Shown here in pieces: positions 35,921-45,100 of a stretch of 64,000 nt of DNA (position 1 is the first letter of the stretch; each line of letters begins with the position of its first letter). Under the pieces are notes generated by a model. It saw only the letters and a list, made by a program, of their open reading frames with translations. It made no database searches and was not told the DNA's origin. The stretch is taken from the IMG/VR virus record IMGVR_UViG_3300014059_000005, positions 75,666 through 139,665 of that record. One strand, written 5' to 3'. The stretch is from a virus (lineage: Duplodnaviria; Caudoviricetes). The translations under genes and the position numbers were made by a program.

Positions 35921-36295
35921 TCATCCGAACTCGGGCACGGCGGTTCCGTCTGGGTGGTAGATGGTGAAGCTCGATTGTCTCTTTGGCTGGTCAAATGCCT
36001 CGACTTGCTGCCCATGTGGTTCCTCGTCTTCCTGGGTTTGGTCGCTCTCGCGTTCGTAAGTACGATCGTTGTCTCGTAGGAGCCTGCCAGGGCCGTACAG
36101 ACGCACCACGGCGTTCTTGCGCAAGAAGGTACGAAAGTAGTCGTAAGAGGCTCTGGCGTCTGTCTCGTTGACGGAAACGATGGGGATCCTGGTGCCCTTG
36201 CGGTAGTCGAAATCGATCTCCACCCGCCACATCGAATCCCCGGTATTCTTGTCTGCTGTCGCATTCTTGTCTGCTGGTGTATTCTTTTCTGACAT
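35921..36295 (-). CDS. Hypothetical protein
   Basis: 124-aa ORF with RBS. Confidence 0.55.
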   Translation of the reverse strand: MSEKNTPADKNATADKNTGDSMWRVEIDFDYRKGTRIPIVSVNETDARASYDYFRTFLRKNAVVRLYGPGRLLRDNDRTYERESDQTQEDEEPHGQQVEAFDQPKRQSSFTIYHPDGTAVPEFG

Positions 36296-36308
36296 CGAAT
36301 TCCTTCCC

Positions 36309-37202
36309 TTACACCTTGCGGTACTCCGTCAGTAACTCGAAGGTCCCATCGGGCAGGGGGACCTTCTGATAGTCTCCAAACAGGTTGGGGGAGTCCTTCA
36401 GGAGCACCTCATAGACCCGGTTGAACAACTTGCGAATCTCGGTCTCCGCGTCTCTGGAACACCGCAGTTCCAGAGCGTTGCGTGCCGCTCTGGCGTTCAG
36501 GGTAACGGAAATCTTGGTTTCCGTCGCGTTGGGAAGTACCGACCTTGCAGCCTGCCGGGCATGCTTGCGAACATCAGTGGGAAGAACTCTCACCGAACCG
36601 CAGACATCACAGAGGATCCTGTTACCATCGATCCGCCATTCGGTGGACTGGCATTGCTTGGGATTGCTAGCAGGGTTGACATTCCCAGGGCATGGTCCAA
36701 CCAGGTTGTGGAGGATCCGATCCACCAGGGCCAGGTAGCAGTTGTGGGAGTGAGCAATAGCTGATTCCCAGATGTCGTGGAGTTCAGGATCGTTGGCGAT
36801 GATGTCAGGCTCGACGTACTCGGCGATCGACTCATCGACGTACCGCTGGGACAGCTGGGAGTAGGCCGCGTGGCGGTGACGGACCAGTTCGTGGGAGCAG
36901 GAGCGGGAGATGCCGGTGAAGAACAGGGTCCAAACCGCATGCTCGGTGACAGACCCGTGCCCGGATTCCAGGATGTGCTGGAGGTATTCCCTGTTGGATT
37001 TCCTACCCCTCTGGTAGGAAAAATAACAAAGGCGTCCCGACATCTCCACCAGTTCCTCGCCGGGGGACCCCGCGTCCTCCTGGGGCCGGCGGAAGGAGTC
37101 GGGGTCCCTCCCCAGTTCCTCCGCACAGAAGTCCGTCCATCCCTGGGCGTCGAAGACCTGCTTGCCGATCAGATAGACCCTGGGCTCACGAATGACCTTC
37201 AT
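36309..37202 (-). CDS. thyX: FAD-dependent thymidylate synthase with Cys4 insertion
   Basis: GRLCY, GHGSVTEH, SRSCSHELVRHR..YSQLSQRY, ARSVLPNATET. Confidence 0.95.
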   Translation of the reverse strand: MKVIREPRVYLIGKQVFDAQGWTDFCAEELGRDPDSFRRPQEDAGSPGEELVEMSGRLCYFSYQRGRKSNREYLQHILESGHGSVTEHAVWTLFFTGISRSCSHELVRHRHAAYSQLSQRYVDESIAEYVEPDIIANDPELHDIWESAIAHSHNCYLALVDRILHNLVGPCPGNVNPASNPKQCQSTEWRIDGNRILCDVCGSVRVLPTDVRKHARQAARSVLPNATETKISVTLNARAARNALELRCSRDAETEIRKLFNRVYEVLLKDSPNLFGDYQKVPLPDGTFELLTEYRKV

Positions 37203-37238
37203 GTGGACTCCGTTGTCTGAAATGGTATCTGGTGGCTT

Positions 37239-38000
37239 TCAGAGAACCTTGGCCGGGGCCTCATTGTTGTCAATTTCTGGTTTGGTACGCGGTGGGTAGA
37301 CCTGGGACAGAAAGTAGCGTTGCATGCTACCGATCTCCAGGCATACACCAATGAGTTCCAATCCGACCTGAGACACCTCATGGCGAACAGGAATGACAGT
37401 AAGGTCCTTGGCCACGAGGGACTCATGGTGATAATAGAACTTCATCGGAGTTACGCCACCAGTCATCCAGTGCCGCAATAGTTTCTCCCGGAAGTCCTTG
37501 ACTCGAATCCTGTAGCGTTCGTGCCGACACTCGTACTCCCATCTGTCTCGCGAGGTCTCCAGTCCCCGCACCTTGGCTTCCAGAGCTTCGATCTTGGCTG
37601 GATCTCCACCCTTACGGGACTTCTCGAATGCCTCGCGGAGACCATCCAGGGCCGTGACGAAACTGGAATCGAAATCCGAGGATGTGGAGAGTTCCTTCAG
37701 ACCGCACTCGGGAACCGGCATCGGGGTCTGTTCGGTCTTCTCTCCTTGTTTCTCCAGGTGCTCCCAGAGCCTGGGCCAGTATTCCAGGTTCTCCTTACGA
37801 CACAGGTAGCCGATGCTCTTGATATTGTCCGTGTTCATGGAGACATCGGTGTTGATGGTACTGGCCACGCCTCGGGGGCAGTTCTGGAGAAACTTACCGT
37901 CCCCGATCAGAACGATGAAGTCCCGCCCATCGATCCACCGCACCATGTAGAGCCCCGGACGCAAACGCCTTACCTTTTCGGAGTCCATAACGAAGTCCAT
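37239..38000 (-). CDS. Hypothetical protein
   Basis: 253-aa ORF. Confidence 0.55.
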   Translation of the reverse strand: MDFVMDSEKVRRLRPGLYMVRWIDGRDFIVLIGDGKFLQNCPRGVASTINTDVSMNTDNIKSIGYLCRKENLEYWPRLWEHLEKQGEKTEQTPMPVPECGLKELSTSSDFDSSFVTALDGLREAFEKSRKGGDPAKIEALEAKVRGLETSRDRWEYECRHERYRIRVKDFREKLLRHWMTGGVTPMKFYYHHESLVAKDLTVIPVRHEVSQVGLELIGVCLEIGSMQRYFLSQVYPPRTKPEIDNNEAPAKVL

Positions 38001-38012
38001 AGCGCCCTCCGA

Positions 38013-38279
38013 CTACTGTTTACCACCAAGGGTATATGCCACCACCGCGTAGAGACACAAAACCAGGATCGCCGCCAGGACTGCGTGCAGTCCTTCTACC
38101 CACAAGGACTCCGCATGGGGTGTCCATTCCGGATCCCACTCAGCATCGATTCTTACCACCATGCGATCTCCCTCGTGGTGTTCCTCATGGTGTCCCTTTC
38201 GAGTGGACTCGACGTGATCCAGACACCTATCACCGCAACGCCCGTTCGTGTTGTCTTTGCACATGATGGGAGTATGCAC
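38013..38279 (-). CDS. Small membrane protein
   Basis: C-terminal hydrophobic helix. Confidence 0.4.
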   Translation of the reverse strand: MHTPIMCKDNTNGRCGDRCLDHVESTRKGHHEEHHEGDRMVVRIDAEWDPEWTPHAESLWVEGLHAVLAAILVLCLYAVVAYTLGGKQ

Positions 38280-38321
38280 TCTGAATCGGATTTGTCAAAC
38301 GGAAATCTTTGGAAAGTATGA

Positions 38322-39536
38322 CTAGACCAGGCCCAGTTGATGCATCTGATGACTGCAAATCTTGTGCTCCAGCAGAGAATCCAGACCACAGTAGAGCAAC
38401 AGGGGCTCCCAGCCATGACGCCGAACGAAGTCCCGTAGTCTGTTGGCGGTGTTGCCGCCGCTGGCCTTCATGTAGGGCTTGACGGTATGGTCATAGGCGT
38501 CCATCCCCAGAAGGGCGAATGCCTGGAATTTGAGCCCCGTAACCCCCTGGCGATTATCCAGAATGTGGGCGGCGATCATACCATCGAGCCCGGCGTCCCA
38601 GTTGTTCACCTCTACCCCGTAGAGGGTACGAACCCAGGTGGTCTCGAACTTGATATTATAACCTAGTTTGGGAGTATTCGACTCCAGAAAGTCCAGAGTA
38701 GCCTCCTGGGTCTTCCTGGTCCAGGGGTAGGCTATGGACTCCCTACCGTCACTGAGTGAACAACAGAGGATCTCGGCGTCCCTGGGGTAGGGTTTGAGCA
38801 TGTTGGTTTCCAGATCCCACGCCACTGGACGGGATCCGATCATACTATGGATGCACGAGACGGCCTCCCCATCATCCAGAATCGTCCGGACCCGCTTGCG
38901 GTAGTCGGGGACGGTCTGGTAGGGGGGAGATCCCACCAGGGCGATGGCGTCGGCCAGGACATCCTGGAACACCGACAGATAGGGATCTGGCCCACCATTT
39001 CTGGGCTCGTTGCGAAGGACATGAGCGGGGTGAAAGTTGGGTACGATCCAGCAGTTGAGTTGTTGATGGGGGATAGTCCAGCCTACCCACTTGTTGATAC
39101 CTCCTGGGTCCTCCTTCCAGACCCAGCCAAGGACGCTGCGGACGGCAGCACCGCCCAGGAGGATCATGACCTCGGGTTTCAGTTCCCGAACCTTCTGGAC
39201 GACCAGGGGACGGCAGTAATCGACTGCTTTCTCGGGGAGTAGGTTACGTGGAGGGTGACAGGATAGAGCATTGGTGATCCAGCAATCCTGACGCATGTCG
39301 ATACCGAGACGGAGAAGGGTCCTGGCCAGAAGGTCTCCGGATCGACCACAGAAGGGCCTGCCCTGGAGATCCTCGTTGTCGCCAGGTGCCTCACCAACGA
39401 TGAGGATTTTCTTCTGGCCCTTGCCCGAGAGCGGCATCTTGGGAGTGCGACATTGCTTGAGAAGACCACACTTGCCACAGTTGGGGAGCAGGGGGATTTC
39501 GATCCGTTTGTGATCGCTGACACCAAAGAATCCCAT
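38322..39536 (-). CDS. Family-4 uracil-DNA glycosylase domain fused to a 3'-5' exonuclease (N-terminal part of a split SPO1-type PolA)
   Basis: CGKCGL..C, VGEAPG..ED..GRPF.G.SG, TNALSC.P, FHPAHVLR; ExoI WDLET, ExoII GYNIKFE, ExoIII YCGLD. Confidence 0.9.
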   Translation of the reverse strand: MGFFGVSDHKRIEIPLLPNCGKCGLLKQCRTPKMPLSGKGQKKILIVGEAPGDNEDLQGRPFCGRSGDLLARTLLRLGIDMRQDCWITNALSCHPPRNLLPEKAVDYCRPLVVQKVRELKPEVMILLGGAAVRSVLGWVWKEDPGGINKWVGWTIPHQQLNCWIVPNFHPAHVLRNEPRNGGPDPYLSVFQDVLADAIALVGSPPYQTVPDYRKRVRTILDDGEAVSCIHSMIGSRPVAWDLETNMLKPYPRDAEILCCSLSDGRESIAYPWTRKTQEATLDFLESNTPKLGYNIKFETTWVRTLYGVEVNNWDAGLDGMIAAHILDNRQGVTGLKFQAFALLGMDAYDHTVKPYMKASGGNTANRLRDFVRRHGWEPLLLYCGLDSLLEHKICSHQMHQLGLV

Positions 39537-39539
39537 ATG

Positions 39540-39731
39540 TCACCGTGCTGGGGAATTCATTGGAGATTTTCGCAGAGCGATACGGAAGCCCAGGAGGCTG
39601 TACCGGAACGACGGCCCGCTCTTGTCGCGGTACGCCGACCGGCAGTCCCGGCCGAGGCTGCGCCAGCCACCGTTCCGGACCACCCGGTCGGAGCCCCGAA
39701 TAATCGGTCCAGGTTTAGCAATCAGGATCAT
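39540..39731 (-). CDS. CLec/FGE variable micro-gene 27
   Basis: MILIAKPGPIIRGSDRVVRNGGW...CRSAYR...LLGFRIALRK. Confidence 0.8.
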   Translation of the reverse strand: MILIAKPGPIIRGSDRVVRNGGWRSLGRDCRSAYRDKSGPSFRYSLLGFRIALRKSPMNSPAR

Positions 39732-39901
39732 TTGTCTCTCTTTCTGAGGATTACCCGGAAGCCATCATAATACTCTCCACTCCTTGGCCTCTCCCCGTAG
39801 CGATTACTAGAGCGAGTGTTGCCACCACCACGCCAGCCCGTACTCCGAAGCACACGGGTGGTTCCCTGCAAGATCAGTCGAGGCCTGACTATCAGTATCA
39901 T
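39728..39901 (-). CDS. CLec/FGE variable micro-gene 28
   Basis: MILIVRPRLILQGTTRVLRSTGW...DGFRVILRKRDK. Confidence 0.8.
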   Translation of the reverse strand: MILIVRPRLILQGTTRVLRSTGWRGGGNTRSSNRYGERPRSGEYYDGFRVILRKRDK

Positions 39902-40031
39902 GATGCACTCCTGGGAGATAATGCCCCGCTTCACCTACGGGGCGTGAGGAGGAGAACTGATAGATGGGTCGTTACTCCCTCGGTCCTCCAAGTCACAGGC
40001 CCTTGTCGATGACCCGTAATCTCACTATGGA

Positions 40032-41138
40032 TCACTCCAGGCTCACGGGTTCCAGACAGCAGACGAATCGATATCGACCGGCGTCCACCCACAGGTGAGT
40101 CTCCGAGGCGGTACACTCCGAGTAGTTCTCGACCAGATCCTTGAGGATCTGAGGGTCGATCATGAACTCGATCTCGGGACCTTCGTAGCGGACCTTGACC
40201 GGCTCGACATAGGTCCCAGCGGGTCCCTCCCCGATGATTCTGACCTTGTTGTCCGCCAGTCGGACTCGAATCAAGACGTTATCGTCTTCGTCTCCCTCCA
40301 CGACCTCCTCTGCCCGTGTGATGACATCGGTCAGTCCCTTGGGCAGAGTGACGGTCTGTCCGTCCTTGTGGCTCAGGAAGGGCTCCAGATCGTCGTAGAT
40401 ACCATCATCCAGGTAACGGCAGGACATGATCAGTCCTACCCGGTTGCGCAAATGGATCCAGGACTCGGTGACGGAGAACTCGGTCATGCCCAGATGAACC
40501 GCTCCCCGGATCGCCTTGTTGCGAACCAGGATCGACCTATCCAGTCCTGTCTTCAGTTCCCAGCGACACAATTGGATATCATCACAGGCCTCGATCCAAT
40601 CGGGGCAGATATGAACCGAAGTCCTCCTGGGGTCCTCGTCGTCCTCCTTGGTACACTGGCCTGCAGTCTTGAGGGCATCCGCGAAGTCCTCGTGTAGCGG
40701 GGACCAGTCCCCTGTGGTGTCCACGGCATCCAGAGGTAGGGATATCTTGTTTTCGACATTGGCCAGGTATCGCATTCCCTTGCCCTTGAAAACGAGTACA
40801 CCCTCTTTCGCCTCGACGGTGATCTCCTCGTCGTCGATCTTGCCCAGGATATTGCGCAGAGGGTCGGCCTTGACCGCCCCCACGAAGCCCTCTGGGAGCC
40901 CCTGGACGGGCATCCGGCAGCAGGTGTCCTGGTTGAACGTATAGACCCAGCCATCCTTGAAGACGTAGCAGTCGGTCTGTTCCAGGACATCGGTACGGGA
41001 GATTCCCGGGTGGACGGAGTCCAGGGTCTGGACGAAAGCGTCTCTCTGGAGACCGTGGACTCGGGATTTTGCAGATTTTGCTGGGCGTGACTTCGGGGAT
41101 GTACTGGTGGATGTACTGGTGGATGTACTGGTAGACAT
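40032..41138 (-). CDS. DNA sliding clamp (beta-clamp-like)
   Basis: 368 aa, acidic, three-domain beta-clamp-like pattern (ACDDIQL, YEGPEIEFMIDPQIL); a clamp loader is present. Confidence 0.6.
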   Translation of the reverse strand: MSTSTSTSTSTSTSPKSRPAKSAKSRVHGLQRDAFVQTLDSVHPGISRTDVLEQTDCYVFKDGWVYTFNQDTCCRMPVQGLPEGFVGAVKADPLRNILGKIDDEEITVEAKEGVLVFKGKGMRYLANVENKISLPLDAVDTTGDWSPLHEDFADALKTAGQCTKEDDEDPRRTSVHICPDWIEACDDIQLCRWELKTGLDRSILVRNKAIRGAVHLGMTEFSVTESWIHLRNRVGLIMSCRYLDDGIYDDLEPFLSHKDGQTVTLPKGLTDVITRAEEVVEGDEDDNVLIRVRLADNKVRIIGEGPAGTYVEPVKVRYEGPEIEFMIDPQILKDLVENYSECTASETHLWVDAGRYRFVCCLEPVSLE

Positions 41139-41266
41139 GGGTGTTCTCTCGCCTGGTCTGGGTCCATCGAGAATGAATCAGGGTACAAAAGATGAGAGGG
41201 GTATGCACGACACACCCCTCCCATCCCACACCACAGGCATCCGAGAACGCCTGTATCCTAGCAGGA

Positions 41267-42844
41267 TCAGAGCACCTCGGGAAGGGCCTTATCTGGTTTG
41301 TACTGATTGGTCTTGATCACCAGTTCCTTGTCGTTGTCGCGGTAGGCGTTCCATGCCTGGATACAGCGGTACATGACCTCGTTCTCGCTAACGCGGGATT
41401 TGCCCTCACGGGCACCGACCTTGTTCTCCCCCAACCAGCGGAACAGTACCCGCACCGGGGAGTGCGTTGGGTCCTCGGAGTCGTTACAGACCTTGCCCCA
41501 GAAGGCGGTTGCCACCTCGGGATCCTTGGCCCATGTCCGGTGCATGGCGGCGATCACGGCCATACGCAGGACGTGCTTCTTGGGGTTGTCCTTGCTCGTC
41601 ACCGTCAGCATGTTCTTGACCCAGGCGACGAAGCCGTGGGACTCCAGGAGCAGGGTGGCCTGGACCTGGGTGGGCACCCGGCGATACTTGGCACCCCACT
41701 TCTCGAAGGCCAGCCCCGCCGTGACCGTGGACAGCTGTCGGGGGGTCAGCGACGACGCTTCGGTATCGATGCCGGCATAGCCCCGGAGGACGTCACCCTT
41801 GGTTCTGGCGGCATCCTTGTTGTCCATGAGGCTGAACAACCCGGCGGCGTCCTTCATGGTCTTGGTACGGAACTTGCGCACCGTGACCGTGATATCGGGG
41901 ATGTTCTCACGGGCCTCCAGGAGTTCCGACAGGACCAGCGAGGTGTGCTTGCCGTTGATCCGATAGGTCTTGCCGGTCTCCTCGACGTCACACAGGGACC
42001 ACTCAGCGCCGTAGAACCGGCCCTCACGGATCTCGGTCCGTAGTTTCTCCTTGCGGGTCTCGGAGATATGACGGTCCTGGGGGAACCACTCGGCATCCCG
42101 GACCATCTTGGCCAGGGCCAGGGTTACTTTCAGGCACTTGGGCTTCTCGGGCTCCTCGAAGGTGAAGTCCGGAGTCGGAGAGGGTTCTCGTTCCTTGCGG
42201 GGACGGCCACGAGTGGTTTCCTCTTCGGGAACATTACCCTGGGCGTCGGGGACCCAGTCGGAGCCGTGGGCATGAGTACCATTGGTCCCATTCTGGGCAC
42301 TGGTGTTCCCACCCCTGGCACCCTTCTTTGCCACGATGACGATCTGATCGCCCTTCTCGTTGGCAATCAGGATCTCATCGAACAGTCTCTGGTCGTCGGT
42401 ATCGGTCGGGGGTTGGATCTTGTCCTCCTCGACCCAGGTGGGCAGATCCCTGACGGCATCTTCGACCTGATTCAGGTTCCAGGAGTCGGCATCATCATAA
42501 CCCAGGGCCTTGAAAAGTCCCTGGATCCTGTTCTTGTCTAGCTTGACGTGCATTGGTTTTTCCTTTTCGCGGTCCGCATGACCTTCATGCGGTTTGTTGC
42601 CCTCGGATTCTACGCTCGGAGGGCTTCCAGACAACACGGAGTCACCATTTTTTTCTACGAGTTTTCGGAAGAACTCCATGCAGGCAGTTCTACCGCCTCG
42701 GGCGATGGGGCTTCCATCCTTGAGGAGAGTGCAGGTCTCGTGCTCTTTCCCCCTTAGTCGATAAACACTACCTTTGTACTCCGCTACCAGATCGTCCTGG
42801 TGTTCCTGCCAGCTAACTCTGATTCCAGTTCCACTAACGGTCAT
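41267..42844 (-). CDS. ParB-like domain protein (possible internal start at 42553)
   Basis: RHISETR...RINGKHT motif resembling ParB/Srx-like DGQHR cores. Confidence 0.45.
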   Translation of the reverse strand: MTVSGTGIRVSWQEHQDDLVAEYKGSVYRLRGKEHETCTLLKDGSPIARGGRTACMEFFRKLVEKNGDSVLSGSPPSVESEGNKPHEGHADREKEKPMHVKLDKNRIQGLFKALGYDDADSWNLNQVEDAVRDLPTWVEEDKIQPPTDTDDQRLFDEILIANEKGDQIVIVAKKGARGGNTSAQNGTNGTHAHGSDWVPDAQGNVPEEETTRGRPRKEREPSPTPDFTFEEPEKPKCLKVTLALAKMVRDAEWFPQDRHISETRKEKLRTEIREGRFYGAEWSLCDVEETGKTYRINGKHTSLVLSELLEARENIPDITVTVRKFRTKTMKDAAGLFSLMDNKDAARTKGDVLRGYAGIDTEASSLTPRQLSTVTAGLAFEKWGAKYRRVPTQVQATLLLESHGFVAWVKNMLTVTSKDNPKKHVLRMAVIAAMHRTWAKDPEVATAFWGKVCNDSEDPTHSPVRVLFRWLGENKVGAREGKSRVSENEVMYRCIQAWNAYRDNDKELVIKTNQYKPDKALPEVL

Positions 42845-42887
42845 ACCTGGTTTCTCGAATCCTGGGCAAGTGTAATAGCCAACGCAA

Positions 42888-42917
42888 CAACTATGCCACA
42901 CTTTTTGGGGAAGTCAA
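42888..42917 (-). promoter_or_regulatory. Repeated promoter TTGACT-N16-CATAGT
   Basis: Motif copy. Confidence 0.75.
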
Positions 42918-42946
42918 ATTCCTCGTTGTAAGTATTTCTAGAATAC

Positions 42947-43210
42947 TTAGGTGTCCGTATCTCCACTATCTACATATCCGCTACCGCAAGTGGATTTACT
43001 TATTCTCATGTGGTTGTAGGATCTATGGCAAGTATATTGGGAGTCCTGGACGCTGGACTTCCAGGTAAAACTCCCTTCGACGCCAAGCGAGTAGGAGCAC
43101 ATGGTCCAATAATCGTCATCAGAGTAGCATATCGAATCCGAATCCAGAGCATCCTTGTGTATATAGGTGCTCCTACCCATCGAACTCCTTGGATTGTGAA
43201 AGCGTTTCAT
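42947..43210 (-). CDS. MKRF-tag small protein
   Basis: MKRFH start; Ser/Asp/Tyr/Cys-rich. Confidence 0.65.
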   Translation of the reverse strand: MKRFHNPRSSMGRSTYIHKDALDSDSICYSDDDYWTMCSYSLGVEGSFTWKSSVQDSQYTCHRSYNHMRISKSTCGSGYVDSGDTDT

Positions 43211-43218
43211 GGGATCTC

Positions 43219-43650
43219 TCAGTTCTGGAGCATCCGCTGGTCGATCGCTCGCTGAACCTCTTCCAGGATCAGAGGAAAGAGCACTTCTCTGGGGGTTTCG
43301 TCCCAGAAGTTCAGAAGCCAGCGGACCCCAGCGGGTTCCCCGATCCTCTGATCGATCTCATAGCACTTCCTGGCGAAGAATTCCTCAGTTTCTCCCACGG
43401 TCTGGAGACCATCCCCTTGCCAGCCAGCATAGCCTACCAGGCAGGCGCACTCGACAGGCCAGTCCTGGGTACACATGAGGGGTGGAGGAGTCGTCGTCGC
43501 CCCCTGAAGGAGCCTGGGGTCGTTCATGGTCAGGCCCATCTTCAGAGCGATCAGGTGATCGGTACTGAAGGACGGAACCAGACCATCTCGGAACACCTTG
43601 CGCCATGCCTGAATAGGCTCTTGGGTAGGGTTGGTGTTATTAGTGGTCAT
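43219..43650 (-). CDS. Conserved hypothetical protein (planctomycete-type)
   Basis: WRKVFRDG...DPRLLQGATTTPPPL..DWPVECAC..GWQG...EEFFAR. Confidence 0.6.
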   Translation of the reverse strand: MTTNNTNPTQEPIQAWRKVFRDGLVPSFSTDHLIALKMGLTMNDPRLLQGATTTPPPLMCTQDWPVECACLVGYAGWQGDGLQTVGETEEFFARKCYEIDQRIGEPAGVRWLLNFWDETPREVLFPLILEEVQRAIDQRMLQN

Positions 43651-43684
43651 AGTAATCTCTGTGGTGTGTTGGTTTCGGAACACC

Positions 43685-43714
43685 CAACTATTGCACAGAT
43701 TTTCTGAAAGTCAA
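43685..43714 (-). promoter_or_regulatory. Repeated promoter TTGACT-N16-AATAGT
   Basis: Motif copy. Confidence 0.75.
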
Positions 43715-43732
43715 ATCGGCCATGCTAATTTT

Positions 43733-44020
43733 CTAGTAGTAGCATGTGGAGCAATTAGTAACGCATTCGTCCATACTAGACAACAACGACGACGTACAGA
43801 TTCCATATATGCCAATTCCGTTGTACCCAGAAAACCCATCCGCCGTGTCAGGAGCAGTTCCCATCATGGACATGGTGTCCATGCAATGTCCCATTTCGGA
43901 TACGATGTCTCCAGATCCAGACCTGGACAGGCACTCCGGGGTGCCGGCTTCGTCCATGAAGTCGCCATTGGAAGGCTCGTCGCTGCGGAGCCAGTAGTTC
44001 AGACGAAAGCGTTTCATCAC
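43733..44020 (-). CDS. MKRF-tag small protein
   Basis: MMKRFR start. Confidence 0.65.
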   Translation of the reverse strand: MMKRFRLNYWLRSDEPSNGDFMDEAGTPECLSRSGSGDIVSEMGHCMDTMSMMGTAPDTADGFSGYNGIGIYGICTSSLLSSMDECVTNCSTCYY

Positions 44021-44418
44021 CCGCCCCCGGTCTCATGCTGCAAGGCATTGTCGTCCCCGGACCATTGACCGCTCAGGCAATCCATCCTGGAAATCATAAT
44101 GGAGTGCTCCTGCCAGGATTGGGAACCAGAGAAGTAAATCCCCCGAACAGAGACAGAATTATCATCACCCGAGGCCGACCATGAGCTATTCACTGCAGGC
44201 CTTCCCATGTCGTCGTCCATACACGAAGCATAATAGCCCGTGCGGGTAAGGGTGAACCTTCTGGCTATCGTATGAAAGCGTTTCATGGCATTTTCCGATA
44301 ATATTTCATAATTGGGTTCTGGCGTCGTTGTAATCGTCCCCTGACAAGGACTGTGATATCCGTACAGCTGGACTCCCAGGTTGGCTCTGTAGCCGTAGGG
44401 GACACGGAATCGTTTCAT
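44017..44418 (-). CDS. Two MKRF-tag units fused in frame (second start at 44286)
   Basis: MKRFRV...ENAMKRFHT. Confidence 0.65.
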   Translation of the reverse strand: MKRFRVPYGYRANLGVQLYGYHSPCQGTITTTPEPNYEILSENAMKRFHTIARRFTLTRTGYYASCMDDDMGRPAVNSSWSASGDDNSVSVRGIYFSGSQSWQEHSIMISRMDCLSGQWSGDDNALQHETGGG

Positions 44419-44660
44419 ATTTCTTCCCCTATACCATAGTAAAACGACTCCCGGACATGGTCGATCGAGGACACCGTTCCCAGGGCCTCGTCCGTTCCAC
44501 TGGCATTGACACTGCGACTTCCAGTACCCAGAGTATCCGAGCAGGCTGATACCTTGGGGCGTTTCTCGCCATCGTTACTGCTGTAGCAGTAGACGGATCC
44601 GCTCTGAAAGGCACTTCCAGGACACTGCCTGCGTCCTGGAAAGATACGGAAGCGTTTCAT
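44415..44660 (-). CDS. MKRF-tag small protein
   Basis: MKRFR start. Confidence 0.65.
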   Translation of the reverse strand: MKRFRIFPGRRQCPGSAFQSGSVYCYSSNDGEKRPKVSACSDTLGTGSRSVNASGTDEALGTVSSIDHVRESFYYGIGEEI

Positions 44661-44668
44661 GAAACCCT

Positions 44669-44968
44669 CTAGTCGTAATCATCATCATCATCGCAGCAGT
44701 AGGAACTATTGGTAGTATCCCCCGGCCCCGATGCCAGATATGATGTTGCGGTCTGGGTAGCGTAATCTAGGGTCATTGGACCGGACTTCGTATGACTATA
44801 GTGATCGGAATCGTGCAACCCATACCCCAGATGGGACATGACTCCATTGTAGAAATCATCAGAAGTCGAGGATCTTGCCCTTGGGTAGGCTTGACACCTT
44901 CGCCCACTTTCTAGGAAACTCTTCTGGAACTGCTGCTCCTTGGGAATGCTGGAATTGAATCGCTTCAT
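44669..44968 (-). CDS. MKRF-tag small protein
   Basis: MKRFN start; acidic tail. Confidence 0.65.
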   Translation of the reverse strand: MKRFNSSIPKEQQFQKSFLESGRRCQAYPRARSSTSDDFYNGVMSHLGYGLHDSDHYSHTKSGPMTLDYATQTATSYLASGPGDTTNSSYCCDDDDDYD

Positions 44969-45066
44969 GATCCCTCCATAGTGGAGATCGTGGTAGCGGT
45001 CAGAGATCCAGCATCCGTACCGGATGACGGCCTCGATCTCGATATCTTCCTACTGAATCGTTTCAT
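44965..45066 (-). CDS. MKRF-tag peptide (33 aa, probably leaderless; not in ORF track)
   Basis: MKRFSRKISRSRPSSGTDAGSLTATTISTMEGS; ATG lies 6 nt after the -10 box. Confidence 0.6.
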   Translation of the reverse strand: MKRFSRKISRSRPSSGTDAGSLTATTISTMEGS

Positions 45067-45070
45067 CTTG

Positions 45071-45100
45071 CAACTATGCCCCAGGAATCAGAAAAGTCAA
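45071..45100 (-). promoter_or_regulatory. Repeated promoter TTGACT-N16-CATAGT
   Basis: Motif copy heading the MKRF cluster. Confidence 0.75.
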
